Shown: one piece after another, positions 1 through 12,910 of the stretch
How the letters are laid out: every line of letters starts with the position of its first letter
Numbering within the stretch: position 1 is the first letter of the stretch
Assembly: GCA_001642005.1 (NCBI GenBank)
Contig: LWCA01000074.1
Location: 1-60,819 of the forward strand
Direction of reading: 5' to 3'
Source of the DNA: Intoshia linei
Taxonomy: Eukaryota; Animalia; Orthonectida
DNA: 60,819 bases
The notes under the pieces: model-generated
Database searches by the model: none
Told to the model about the DNA's origin: nothing
What the model saw: only the letters and a program-made list of their open reading frames with translations
Position numbers and translations under genes: made by a program

Positions 1-150
1 CAATTCTACAATATTTGGGGGAGTAAAATTTTATAACAACACACAAGTATTTTTGGCACGATATATCCGTTGATTCATTGACAATATGGAATAATGGTTG
101 ATCTTTTAATGTTGTGATAATTTCTTTGAAGAAACAGGAGAAATCAGAAT
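1..150 (-). mobile_element. hAT transposase remnant (first catalytic Asp region)
   Basis: Minus frame reads FKEIITTLKDQPLFHIVNESTDISCQKYLCVVIKFYSP, resembling the hAT 'F.I..DESTD.S....L...IRY' motif, here with D->N. Confidence 0.6.
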
Positions 151-834
151 TCTCCGGTGATATTTTGTATTGTTAGAAACGTAGTTTTTTCAAAGTCAAT
201 TATATGGTTAAAATCATCACCTATACGATTTTCATTTTTGATAATTCGCTTCCTGTTTGTCGTGTTAAGTAAACGATATATGTTCTTTTCCATATCAAAT
301 AATAATTTTTCTGGCGGTATACGTGAGACGTGTTTTCTTACTATTTGTAAATTCTATTTTTTATCTTTTTCTAAAATCAAAGTATCTAAAAGTGTCGTAT
401 TGTCTATTGCTGCATCGTATGCATTATTATTTAAAAAAAATTTGACCTTGGCATATGTAAAGGTCATCATCAACATTAATATAATATGTCAATGATTTTG
501 TGTGTCGTTTAATGCTAACAGGCATCCAAGCGTTTAAGGTATCATTTATATCGTATTCAAATATTGGATATGCTTTTGGACAAGATCTAATAATCATCAC
601 GTTTTCGACTGACATTCCTTGTAAGATTTCGGATATTATTCGAAATCCTATGATCCAGAAAGAAAAGACATTTTGTGTGGGTTTATTATCGATGAGAAAT
701 CTGAAATTTTCTTGAAATTTGAATAAAAACGACCAATACAACAAATAATTAAAGCTTTAGTTAAGATGTTACGAATGATTCATAAAATATAAAATTAATT
801 TTACACTTTTTTATTATATTTAAATTTATTTTAG

Positions 835-931
835 TTTCAATAAGAAATCCAAAAATTATGTACCCAGAGACAAAAAATGGTTGAAAGGAATTATTTATAA
901 TCAATTAAAAACTCAAGCTAAAGCTAAATAA
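835..931 (+). CDS. ERH: Enhancer of rudimentary homolog, last exon (upstream exons not found in window)
   Basis: After tttattttag (phase 2): FNKKSKNYVPRDKKWLKGIIYNQLKTQAKAK*, aligning to the ERH C-terminus [28 protein letters not shown]. Confidence 0.75.
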
Positions 932-1375
932 TGGATTTAAAATATTTAATATTTGTATTATAAATGATATTTAAAGTATATACTATTATACTAGCTGCGT
1001 TTCTTGTAACTGATCTCTTCACTTTTTGATTCTCATGCAATCTAAATAATTAATATCAGGGCGAAATAATTATTACGGGACCAAACTCATGTAATGTATT
1101 TAAATGTGAATTTTTATGCTTATAATAAGCACACTTAATATATTATTTTTTTTAGTTTTCATTATAATAAATTTTTCAAAAACTGCAACAAAATAGACAT
1201 TTTCGGCAAGTTATCTTTCGATTATCGATAATATTAAGTTGGATAATGTAACTTAAACTCCGATAACAAATTAATATACATAAAACGTACACAATGATAA
1301 GCATAATTCAAAAAAAGCAATTTAATTTAATGTGTTCTAGAAATTTTGACAATGTTATATAAATTAAAATATTTT

Positions 1376-1720
1376 ATGGCACATTTGTCACGGCAAGGCG
1401 GTAGCCCCCTTGCATTCAACCTATATTTGATACTGGTGCTTACATTTATTTCCGCGTTCCAATGAGTTTTTAATTCCGGTGTACTCAGTTGACGATTCAT
1501 CTGATAGATTCGAATTAAATTTTCGTCTTCTCGTATATTGGACAGTCTGCTACGACCGGGCCTCTCCGATTTGAAAAAAAATTTATTTTTTATATTTTGT
1601 TTTAAACCAATTCAACCGGTGCAATAATGTCTAGCGCCTTTCTCGTATAGTTTTATCTAATCTACGGATGTATATCAATTTTTTTCTTCAATACTTAGGT
1701 CCGTAGTTAGTTTGTCTAGA
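1376..1720 (-). mobile_element. Tc1-family transposase N-terminal remnant
   Basis: Minus frame RPGRSRLSNIREDENLIRIYQMNRQLSTPELKTHWNAEINVSTSIKYRLNARGL matches the Tc1 GRPR linker and second HTH; decayed; ends approximate. Confidence 0.7.
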
Positions 1721-2112
1721 AATAATCCTTTTTAACTATCAACTTATGATACTTATCAAAAAAATCTAATATATAAACTGATAATTTATTAGTGATAAAC
1801 AATATAATGTAGGGATCTATCTCATATTTTTAGTATATAATTTCGTTTAGCTATAATAGTGTGACCATATTTTATACCTAGAAATTCGTCAATTAAATTT
1901 TAAATATAAAAAATAATAATTTCTAAATGGTTTTGAATATAATACAAAATTTTACTTGAACCTAAATATTTTAGATATGCACCACTTTGGCGTCAGCATT
2001 AGAAAATATAATTTAACTACACTGATAATAACATGTTTCATTAAATTTAAACATTGTAATTAACAAAATGTAAATATAAACAAATTTATTATTACAATAT
2101 ATATGGATATAT

Positions 2113-5100
2113 TCAAGGTATTTCCAAATTTAAAATATTTTTCTTGTTGGTGACATATTTAACATTTCTTTCATTAATTAATTTTCTTTTATAATGATTA
2201 TATGCAAATATACCATAAATATCTCCCATTGCATATGATAGTGATTGAATTTTTAATTTAACAGGATACATGAAATATTTTTTAATTTTTTCTATATTAC
2301 CAACTTTACTAATTCGACACTGATATATTATCCCAACCAATAAAGAATCTATCGTGCTTTGTTTCTGGTCGCTGACATGTATATATTTACATTTGTACTT
2401 TATAGCCAATTTATGACATTCTAAAAAATATATATACAATGTATATGTGCTAGGTTGACTGTTATGTACTATGTACAAACAGAACCTAGCTCTGCCAGTG
2501 GACATTTTTATTCTACCAAAAAAATAAATTCCCGTTGAAAATCTAACTTAAAAATCCTATTATTCACTATTATCAATTCTTTAAAGGAGTAGTTCCCAAA
2601 TTTGTTTCAGGTGGAACTGTCATATCACATTACTTTTTACTTAAAAGTGAATTATTTTATCTTAATTTTTTTTATTAACATTTGCGTAAAGAATTTTAAA
2701 AAAAATTGTTATCCCATTTTTTAATTTATTAGACAAAGTATGTGTATAATATTAAAAATAAAGTAAAAACAGTCCAATCCTAACAATTGTCATAAATTCC
2801 AGAAAAAATAAAATTATATGAAACTATTTTGTCATTTTCAATTTGGTAATATATATTCAGTACCAATTTACGTGTGAATAATAACTTAAAAATACTAATT
2901 ACAATAATTAACGGAATCAGCACTTTATAAACATATTTCACCTGAAATTTTGCCAATATTGCAAATGAATTGTAATAAAAATGATAATAACAAAGTTGTA
3001 TTACTTTTAGTAATCGTTGTTGTAGTTTTAATTTAAATTTTAAATAAAATGTTTTGAAAATGAGAATTTGATATTTAAAAATTGCGTAGAAATGAAAAAA
3101 ATAACCCAAGGAATGAATTATATAGATTTTCACCCATATTTTTTGATATGTAGTGTGTAGACGTTCAATGCACATTTTTTTTTAAATTGTAAAATCAATA
3201 TTTTCAATTTTTAAAATGTTATTTTAATTTTAATTGAAATATTTCAAAAATATTGGTTGATAATATATTAAAAATTATTTTTCACCGGGAATGCGTAGAT
3301 TTCTCGGGTTGAACTTTTGTATTTATATCAACTGGAATAAGCTCTTTCCGAAAAATCTTTTTTTTAATAATCGGACGGTTAATTATTTCACATTTTTTGT
3401 TTTAATAAAATATTTCGGAAAAAAAATATATGACCTTTAATTATTTCACATTTTTTGTTTTAATAAAATATTTCGGAAAAAAAATATATGAAAATTAAAT
3501 GCTTTTTTTGATTATGAAATCGTCGCTTATTCAGATTAAACTTTTTTGTGTGTGTTAACAGGATACAACTGTACCACTTGTAAATTTTTTTAAATATAGG
3601 GCTGTTTTCATAATAAAAAAAATGGTAATTTAGGGTTTTGGCTCTGAAGATATATTTTTTATAAATTTGAATTTATGATAACATTGATGTTTTTTAAATC
3701 CGTATCAGAGTGTATATTTTTTGAAATTCTTGAACTCGTTTGATTTTTAAAATAAAGTACAATTGGGCTTTTTGACCCGTAAGATGTAAGTTGAAATTTA
3801 TCTTACTAACACCCCAGAAAAAACTGTAATTGAAATCTGAACTTTATAAAATTGTAAGACTGGTAGTTATTGAAATAAATTATAGCACACAGACAAGCAA
3901 AGCATATTACACTGTCCAACAAAATTTCGACAAACGGACCGAAACTTTTGTTATAGGTAAGTGAACCAGTATACATCTATTTTTAAAAAAAATTTATTAA
4001 TTTCAAGATCGACTTTGGATTTAATTAAGAGTCAAAGTTTGTTTTTTAAAGAGGTACACTCCACCGTGAGGTTTATTTACAATTAATATTGTATGTTACA
4101 AATGGTAAAATTGACAGATTGACATACACGTCTACATATGTATAAAAAAATTGTCATTAATTATTTAATTAACTTAATTAAATCTAATTTTAAAGCAACA
4201 TCAACTATATGAAATAAAAATTTTCTGAATGCATTACTTACATTACACGTAAAATCAACTTTTTCGGGTTACCCATAGACGAATCTTGTTCAATATCAAG
4301 GATGTAAGTGATAGACATAAATTTCAAAAATTAAGATATAAGAAGGTATCAATTAAAAATATTTAATAAAAAAAGTAATAATTAGATAAATTTAAAATTT
4401 ATTTTTTATTGAACACCAAACAAAATTACAAATCATATTTAATGATCTACATCTTCCAAAACGTCTTTCATATAATATCATAGTTTGATGAAATTGTTCA
4501 CCCTTTTCGTCTGACCACATACCGCAGTTTAGCGCAAAGAAATCTAAATGAAATTCTAGGTAATGCATTTTTATGGTATAAAGGCAGTTCATTTCTTGGT
4601 ATTTTATCAATAACTCATCGATTAAATCCTTGTAATTTTCAGATCGATTGTTTCCAAGAAAAAATAAGATTAAATTTTCCAAGCATTAAACGCATCTTTT
4701 TGTTCAGGTTTAAGGGTAGATCGAAAATGTACATCTTTTAATAGTTTTCTAATTTGTGGGCCATTTAGTATACCAGCCATTAATTTAGCGTCGCTGAGAT
4801 TAGGAAAAATTTATGATTGTCGCAGTAAGTTTGTGGTATACGTATTGGACAGTGTAATTCTTGGTTTAAATCTTGTTTAAATGTTTCGTGAGAATGCAAT
4901 TATAAAATTAACTCATCGCTTTAATTGAAACATGTTATAAAAATATGTATATTGTTAGAATCACAAAAATTAGCTCATTATTTTAATATATGTTACATTA
5001 AGTTTCTTTTGGAATGTTGGACAGTGTTATATAAGTAGGGATACAGTGGTTTCTGTACAATATGAATGTCAAGGGACCGGATATTTAGAATATTCATAAT

Positions 5101-7304
5101 AGAGTTGGTTGTACAATATGAATATGAATTAAGAATCAAGTGAATATTAACACAAATGTATAAGTAATTATTTTTGCAATGGAAAATAGTTCCTAATTTA
5201 TATATTTAGAATATATTATCTGGCTCGACACATTGGACCGTTTCAATTATAGCTTCTTTAACCATTTCGGCATCTTCCTTTTTTGCCAAGTAAATAAGCT
5301 ACCATGTAGCTAGCTTTTGTCTGAGCTTGACCAAGATGGAAAATATTCTTGAAAAAAGTCTGTTAATTTTTGAGCTGGTTTTTCAATGTCTCTACTTTCT
5401 TTTTTTTGTCATCTCCTTCAAGTTTGGTAATCTGATTATTTAAATGAAGTTTATAGTGCTTTTCAGCGTTGCATTTCTTTATTATTGAGATATTGCTTCT
5501 GCAGATCAGGCAAATCATTCCAGACTTATTCTGAACTAAAAAATAGTCATTTTCCCACTCTAAATTGAAAATTCTGTAATCTGAAAAATATTTTCGATTA
5601 TTTTGTGCTGACATCCGATGGGGGTAAAAATTTTTATTTCTTTAAAAGTTAAAAAATTGATGAATCTTATATATGACAAGAATATTGAGAAAACTAGTCA
5701 GATTTCAAATTCAAGATGCATTTATTATAAGATAAACTATTTCTCAAGGCAATATATCGTTTTTTGAACTGTCAATTAAAATTTTCACTTTTTTGCAAAA
5801 TTTTTCTGAGGTCGCAGATGCCCATCCCTGCAGTAGAGGCTTTAAAATCGTTCAAATTCAAAAGATTGCCAATTTCCGGCACCACTTCTTTCAATATATT
5901 GCCACTTATACTTATATTTAATGTCCGTTGACGTTGAAACCACTGATTCAATTCTTATTGATTACATTAGGCAACATTGTCTCTTCTAATTTAAATTTAA
6001 ATTATTACAATTAAGGATTTCTTCACGATTTTTTAACGACTTATTTATCAAACCTACTGAAATTGAGTGTTTAGTGGCTAAATATTTTTGAGATTGATTT
6101 GAATATTTGTCAAACAATTTAATCAATTTTATTTTATCATTTATCGAAAAATCTTTTTCTCTTCAAATTCAAATTTACATCGAATGGTTACTTTTTGAAA
6201 TTTATAAGTCACGTGATAGAAAATTAATACAAATTTATGTTTATTTACACGAATTAATATTCACAGTTCATATTGAATGAAATTCATATAAGCGTGAATT
6301 CATATTATACAGTATTTATATTGAACAGAAACCACTGTATGTAGTACATTGTATATAAATAAGAATTAAAAAATGTCGGTAACTTTAAATTAAAATAACC
6401 ATTTGTAATAGATTTTAAACTATATTCATTTGCCTCTCTTCCAACGATAATTTTTGGAACAAACGCTTTATATAGTGCTGATAATCTATAAAATAATCGC
6501 TTTACAAATAAAAAACTGTCGTAGCAACTTAATTTAACCACAATTATGATTGAATTGAAACCTTTCTGAATGAGTTCAGAGAATATCTACTTAGAACATG
6601 AAAATATGACTTTAAACGTATACCTGATTAATTTCATAAAAACAAAACAAAATAATATTGATTTGTTCATCAATTATTACTCCAACAATAATTTCATCTC
6701 TTTTGTCATCTAAATTGTTAAATTAGAAAATATTGGTAAAAAAAGTGATATAATGAGTACTTTCAAAGCTATGAGAATGTTCTATAAAAGTGTAATTCAT
6801 CATATTTTCAACAATAGTTCGTTTATCCAAATTATCTGCACCCAAAACTGCAACTTTATATAATTGGCAGTTCTCTCCACTTGACGGATGTGCTTTAATG
6901 GTCATGTAATTATAAGACATGCTATCATCGAAAGATTTTAATGTATTGTTGTTTATATTCAATTTTGAAGCATATGGTATATTACTTTTAATGCAATCGA
7001 TACTAGAATATTTTCTAGTATTTTGATTCTCTTCTACAGATTTTGATTGATCACTCTTTTGTTGAGAAATACCCGTCACTTGTTGAATTAAATTAATTCT
7101 TATAAATGTATCGTCCTTTCTAACCATTCTCTGTCCATATTTACTTTTAAATTTACGAAAAATCAATATTTTTTCCAAATTTCTAATACAACATGACATT
7201 CGATCTGCCAATGTTGAATTTGAATCAAAATAATAGTTTGTCGTCAATTCACTAAATCCTGTATCAGATGCTTTTTGATATCCTTTATTCGAATTTTTAT
7301 TCAT
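2113..7304 (-). CDS. RGK-family (Rad/Gem/Rem-like) small GTPase, divergent; exons 7304-6761, 6709-6624, 6586-6400, 2420-2113
   Basis: GT-AG introns of 51, 37 and 3979 nt join in frame. Long N-terminal extension, then YKVAVLGADNLDKRT (G1), VPKIIVGREAN (G4 position) and ECHKLAIKYKCKYIHVSDQKQSTIDSLLVGIIYQCR, which matches the RGK 'EG..LA..Y..KFIEVS....NVDELLVGI..QIR' segment. Confidence 0.75.
2450..5041 (-). mobile_element. Non-autonomous Helitron, interrupted by a Chapaev3 insertion
   Basis: Minus strand begins A|TCCCTACTTATA (5041), has a TGTC-rich tract near the 5' end, and ends in an imperfect hairpin plus CTAG (2450). Colinear with 55183-56637. Internal ~55 bp tandem duplication at 3379-3491. 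Confidence 0.8.
3910..5026 (-). mobile_element. Chapaev3 (CMC) DNA transposon, internally deleted
   Basis: TIR CACTGTCCAACA...TGTTGGACAGTG with a 3-bp TTA duplication (3907-3909, 5027-5029). Transposase C-terminus at 4392-4808: FPNLSDAKLMAGILNGPQIRKL...FLGNNRSENY...KMHYLEFHLDFF...SDEKGEQFHQ. Confidence 0.85.
5044..6337 (-). mobile_element. pogo/Tigger element with decayed CENP-B-type HTH, interrupted by hAT
   Basis: TA-flanked TIR CAGTGGTTTCTGT(A/T)CAATAT at both ends. Minus fragments SINDKIKLIKLFDKYSNQSQKYLATKHSIS and QWFQRQRTLNISISGNILKE...DFKAST. Confidence 0.85.
5200..5830 (-). mobile_element. hAT (Charlie/SPIN-like) 5' fragment with BED zinc finger
   Basis: Terminus CAGGGATGGGCA at 5830. 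ORF 5614-5363 RIFNLEWENDYF...CLIC...KKCNAEKHYKLH. Left boundary approximate. Confidence 0.8.
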
Positions 7305-8169
7305 CTTAAATTTTTGTTATTCAAATGATAATTTTATATCTTTTATTTTGATACAATTAATAATTATATTCTTTTCAAAAATATTAAATCAATTATATCT
7401 ATTTTTTACATTTCTTTTTAGAGTTTCATCATAAAGTGACACATTTCGAATAATTATAACATTACAATTACCTTAAATAATCAATAAATTTATTACCTTT
7501 CGCATGTTACTTTTAATGTTTATTAGTCATAAAATATGCTCTATATTATAGAGTGTATAACAAAAATTATAAATTAATTTGGTAAAGATTGTAGATTAGA
7601 TTAGGATTATTAAGATATTTATAAATACACTTCATATTATTTTAAAGAATGACAAGTCATCATTTCATTAATTAGCTCAGTGATTCTTAACTGGTGGGCT
7701 GCAAACAAATTTGACTTTATTTTATAAATTTTTAAAAATTAGTCAAACTTTTACATTAAGTATTAGTCAGTTGATTCAACCCAGTTCAAATTTAGTTTTA
7801 CTCAAAAAAAATATTCTATGGAAAAATTTTCATTTCGTTGATTTACTTGTAATAAATTGGTAATATTAAACTAAAATAGATTCAACGATAAAGTCATTCC
7901 CAAATGTTTAAAAAGAAATGGTTTACGTTCTTATTACTACTCTAGAGGAATTCACAACATTTTGTACACGACTCGCGTAACGCTACCCGTACACATCAAA
8001 GTTTATGTGGTTTCATGAATTGTTGTTTTGAAATATCTTAACGATAAATAATAAATGACAGTCATGAGAAACTGATCAAATTCTATAGAAACTAAAGTTG
8101 AGTAACTAAAGCATATTTTTGGCAACACTTGTGTAGTTATATATTCATCTTAAATTTTAATTAATTACA

Positions 8170-9640
8170 ATGTCGGAAAATAGAAATGATGAAAAAGGAT
8201 TTGATATATACACTAATAATAAGGACATAGGTACGGTTTACTTTGAATTTTAAGTACATATTGTAGATTTTTCCATTAAATTACTTATTCCACAATTTGC
8301 TGCTGGAGCGATAATCGGTAAACGGGGAGAAACAATAACAGGACTTCAAGCTAAATATAGTGCAAAATTGGTAATATCAAAAAACAAGGAGCTTTATCCA
8401 GGTTTTATCAAATAAAAGCTATTTTTATTTTATCTAGGATTAAATGACAGATACATGACCATTTCTGGTCCTGTAAACGTAATAGTCCAAATTATTCTCG
8501 AGATTCACAAAATTATTGTGGAAAAATTTGCTTCTTCCAATAATTGTGAAGATTTTATCAAAAGATCCAATACAGTTAGTACACTTTAAAATTTTATTCA
8601 ACGTTACTTTTAGATGAAACTACTTATTCCAAATATTGCGGCGGGTTTAGTAATTGGAACAGGTGGAGAAGAAATCAAAAGAATTAAAGAAATGTCTAGA
8701 GCTTTTGTTTCGGTAGGCAAAAAAGGTGAAGATAATTTGCCAGAGAGAATAGTCACAGTTGAAGGTAAATTTTAATTCATGAATGCATTCGTGTTTCTTT
8801 ATATTTGTTTGCATCACTTCTATCATTTTTCTAGGTGACCTCGATCAAAAAGAAAACGCTTTAAAATTAATTATCGGTAGATTGGCTCGTGATTCACCTA
8901 AAACCAGATCCCTGAATGTTGCCTATGACCAAACGAATTCAAACGTATCTGATGATCGACGTCGTTCAAACATATCACCTGATCCTGTACGTTATAGTCG
9001 CGATTCTACTCGTCGTTACGAAACACGCGATAGATCTCCATTGCCTCCTCGTGTCACTGGTCCCAATTATGATATTCAAAGAACTGAATATTTGACCACC
9101 CAAGAAATTATGGATATTCTTGAGGAACTTCGATTTTCGCTGAGACATCGTGGATTCGGTCCTAGAGAAATGGACGAAATAGGAAAATCTGTTTATAATC
9201 TTATTAGTTATGGAATCATCGATGACCGCGTTCGTCGTGCACGCGGAAATACTTTAATTGATGGTGTAAACTCGTCTATATATAGCACCATTAATAACCA
9301 TTATGATATGAATCGTCAATCTAAGCAGGATGATAGCTATGGAAGATATAACAATTCAAGTTACATGAATTCTTCTCACGATGACAATCCTTACCAATTC
9401 AGAAACGGTAACAAGAAAGAAATATTGGATGTGGAAGATACATTGATCGGTGTACTTATGGGACCCCAAGGAAGGAGTTTACACGAATTGATGCATGCCA
9501 CCAATACAACTATAGAAGTTGCTAAAAAGGGCGATTTTAATCCTGGGACAACAAAACGTTCCGTAACAATTACCGGGAAACCTACTGATGTTGATGAAGC
9601 CATAAAAAGAATTTATCGTAGTGTTATGTCGGCTCGATAA
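8170..9640 (+). CDS. NOVA: Nova/pasilla three-KH-domain RNA-binding splicing regulator; exons 8170-8230, 8267-8401, 8438-8574, 8614-8764, 8835-9640
   Basis: KH1 IKLLIPQFAAGAIIGKRGETI...SKNKELYPG, KH2 MKLLIPNIAAGLVIGTGG, KH3 IGVLMGPQGR...KKGDFNPGTTKRSVTITGKP. Introns of 36, 36, 39 and 70 nt keep the frame. Confidence 0.9.
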
Positions 9641-10634
9641 TTGTATATATTTTTTTTCAAATAAATGTGTTTTGTCACTCGAGTTTATCAGAAGTGGCCA
9701 ATATGCGAAATGTAAGTTTTTCGTTTTCTGACTGAATATTCACGTCTTTGTTTTTTAATTTATATTTTGGTTGTATTCACATGGCCACTTCTATTCTCTG
9801 TATTTTTTTTTACAGGTTCGATGTTAGTAATTGATTTTTCCGTTCTGTTATCATTTGAAGGTTGTGCAAGTTCGATTAATGATGATCTCTTCTTTTTCTA
9901 ATAAATATACCTTAACCTACTTATTTTTCAGGATGAATCTACTATGATGAATTTTTGTTACAAATATGTGATATATATTATGGAGGATATACAAAGTCAA
10001 CCACTCACTTGCAAATGTAGAGGTAGGTGAACATGAACGAGAATAAAATTGTTAAAATAAATTATATTTTATGGTAATTATGTGTTATTATTTAATTTGT
10101 TGATTATAGGTTTCCGGTTATTATAATTGGTCGCGTAACTAAGATTGTTCAAAACCACTAATCTTCTACCCTGTTTTGATATTGACAAACATTAATTAAA
10201 ACAACCAATCGTACAACATTGATATCACAATTATACCTCAATCGATGAAAAATTTAGGAATAGAAATTTTATTTAGAACAATAAAATAATGTGGTTGTGG
10301 TATTACATCATTTGTGGCAATTTTTGATTACTAAATATACAATTAAATATTTTATTTTGATATAATTTATGTATTGAACTTAGAGTTTTTCTGGGGAACC
10401 ACCAGACATTGATAAAATTTACACTTTTGTATTAAAATTTTATGGGTGCTATCAATGGTAAAATAAAAGTAGCCACGACGAAAAAATTGTTTAATTTTTG
10501 TGAGATTTGTCTCATAATGAGCGATATCATTTTACCATTTATTAATTACTATTTGTCGTTGGACAGCCCAATAAGTGAAAATTCTTTTCACAATTCTGGG
10601 ACTACTTTAGACTTGTAGTACTAGACCCTTAGAG

Positions 10635-12000
10635 CAGTGGTTTTTCACCAGAGTGAATAATTAATTTTTGGGGGTGCACAGAGCTATTTTCAATCTGTTT
10701 TAATTAAATTAATAAAATAATTAGTTAAGAATTAATTATTTTTCTAAATAAGTGAAATTACGTAATTGATATTATATTATATATACTTATATCTATTATT
10801 TTATTATTAATTTATTATCAGCAAAAAGATTAGATATAAGACAGAATTACATCAGAAAATAGACGAATTAAGTAGTAGCGGAAAACTTTTACATAACAAT
10901 TGATTAACAGTTAATAATTAACGCTCATTGAATTTATTCACAATTATTTAATAATCAAATTAATTTTGTATTTTCAACTTTTTTAAGATATAAAAATTAT
11001 GTATTTTAATATATAAATTATCAAAGTTTTTAACCTTTTCTAGGGATGTCTAAAAGAAGACAATGAAATAACAATTACGTAGAATTTGATTTTACCTGTT
11101 GTAATGATGCAGATGAAACCGAAAAACCTCAGTGCATTTACTTTTCGGCGTTTTATGCAATAATATCATAAAACCAAACCTCATTAACAGTGTTGAAGTT
11201 ATCGCTCGAAAAATAAGACGTTTCGATATAGGTGGAACAGTTGACAATTTATCATTTCTTCTCAATGTTTTTCTAAATAAAAAAAGTATCATACCATCGG
11301 AAACGTTGATCAAATTTTGTACTTTTAACATTGCAGAACTTCTACTCGGCGATAAACAAAAATTAAGGGGCACTTAAATTAATTCCTTTGTAAAAGGATT
11401 AAAAATTTAGCAGATGTTATCGAACTTCAAGTTATAAATTAACTTCGAAAAAGCCTAGTAAAATTTAGTTTACATTTGGACGAATCTACTAATGTGTTTG
11501 CAAGATATGTTGTGAATGATAACATTAAGGAGGAATATCTGTTTTGTGAGTCATTAAATAAAACTACAAGAGAATTGATGTATTCGAAATAAATTATATA
11601 TTAATACACTAAAATATATGTCAATTTTTTATGGGCCCTATAATTTACTTTTGCCACCAAATAGAAAAATTTTTACATAGTCCTTTGATTTTTCTAGTGG
11701 TCCTTTGGAAAATATATTATATATGACTATGATAGCTTTAAATGTGATATTTGGTGGTTTTTGGTGTAGTATGCTTAATATCTATCCATTTGTGACTGAA
11801 ATTGCCCTTATAAATTTGTAATATGCCACTTATTACTTTTGTTACAACATAATTTTGTGAGGCTGGATTTTCTATTCTAACAAATTAAAAAAAAAAAAGG
11901 AATAAAATAGATGTCCATGCCGGTATGCGAGTGAGCCTATCAAAAACAATGCGAAGATTTAGCTTACTTATTTCAAAGCAACAATAACGATCCCATTAAA
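10635..12000 (+). mobile_element. hAT (Charlie/Buster-like) decayed transposon
   Basis: Terminus CAGTGGTTTTTCA. Fragments KFSLHLDESTNV, YVVNDNIKEEYLFC, FCEAGFSIL, KRNKIDVHAGMRVSLS, with many stops and frameshifts. Confidence 0.8.
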
Positions 12001-12910
12001 ATTGATGTAAATAAATTTGTTCAATTGTTATGTAAATGTTTTCCGCTACTACTTAATTCGTCTATTTTCTGAGTCTTTAATATTATATTTGAATAGTCTA
12101 TTTTTGATTAATGAATTAGGTGGTATGACTAGGGCTACTACATTTCCCGATATTTTTCAATAGAAAATAGATAACATATCTACTGGATATTGCATTAGAA
12201 CTTACAAAGCTTTTAGTGGATATGATAGTTGACACGTTTTCATTTTTATCAATTGGATCATAAATAATGAGTACGAAAAAAATACTTTGATGGCCCCTGG
12301 TTGATGCATAATTTCTACTAGTATATGTATATATTATACCAGTGATTGAAAAATGTGTGTTTTCGTGTTAAAAATACACACTTGACATTTTAAAACAAAT
12401 TTCAAAAAAATTATAAAAAAATAGATTCCATGAATCAATAAGGTCCATTTGTGTACCATTGATATCTACAAGCTTTGTACAATGAAAATTATTCAATTGA
12501 ATTGTATGAATAGCAAACATTCAGTCTGACTAGACGAGAGCTTCTAAAATTAATTAGACCGGGGTGTTAAAATTAATTTAAGAAATGCTGGACTAGACAC
12601 TTACATTTTTTCGAATTAATCAGTACAACTGTGTTAAATAGCTTCAATTAAAATTAAATTAAGTGGTCAATAAAAAGTTTTTATTAATTATAAAATGGTC
12701 AATTTGTGAGGCTGATATACCAGTCTACGCGAAATTAAAATTTTAAATAATATAAAGCACATCCTAGATTAAACGACAAACAAAAAATAATTGCAAAGTA
12801 TTTATAACGTTAGTGCGTATGAGCCTTTTTAAATGATACATCGTCATTGAAAGGGTTAAGAAAAATATGTTACTAATGGGCGGAGTAAGTCTTAAAAATA
12901 AACCAAAGTT

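Noticed and set aside
2780-3175. 131-aa minus ORF
   Set aside because: Inside the non-coding Helitron; not preserved in the 55183 copy; AT-biased composition.
9676-10034. Possible minus-strand gene convergent with Nova (KKKRSSLIELAQPSNDN...)
   Set aside because: Only a 45-codon block; no consistent start or splice model.
11092-11377. Overlapping ORFs on both strands
   Set aside because: Off-frame or antisense readings of the decayed hAT transposase.
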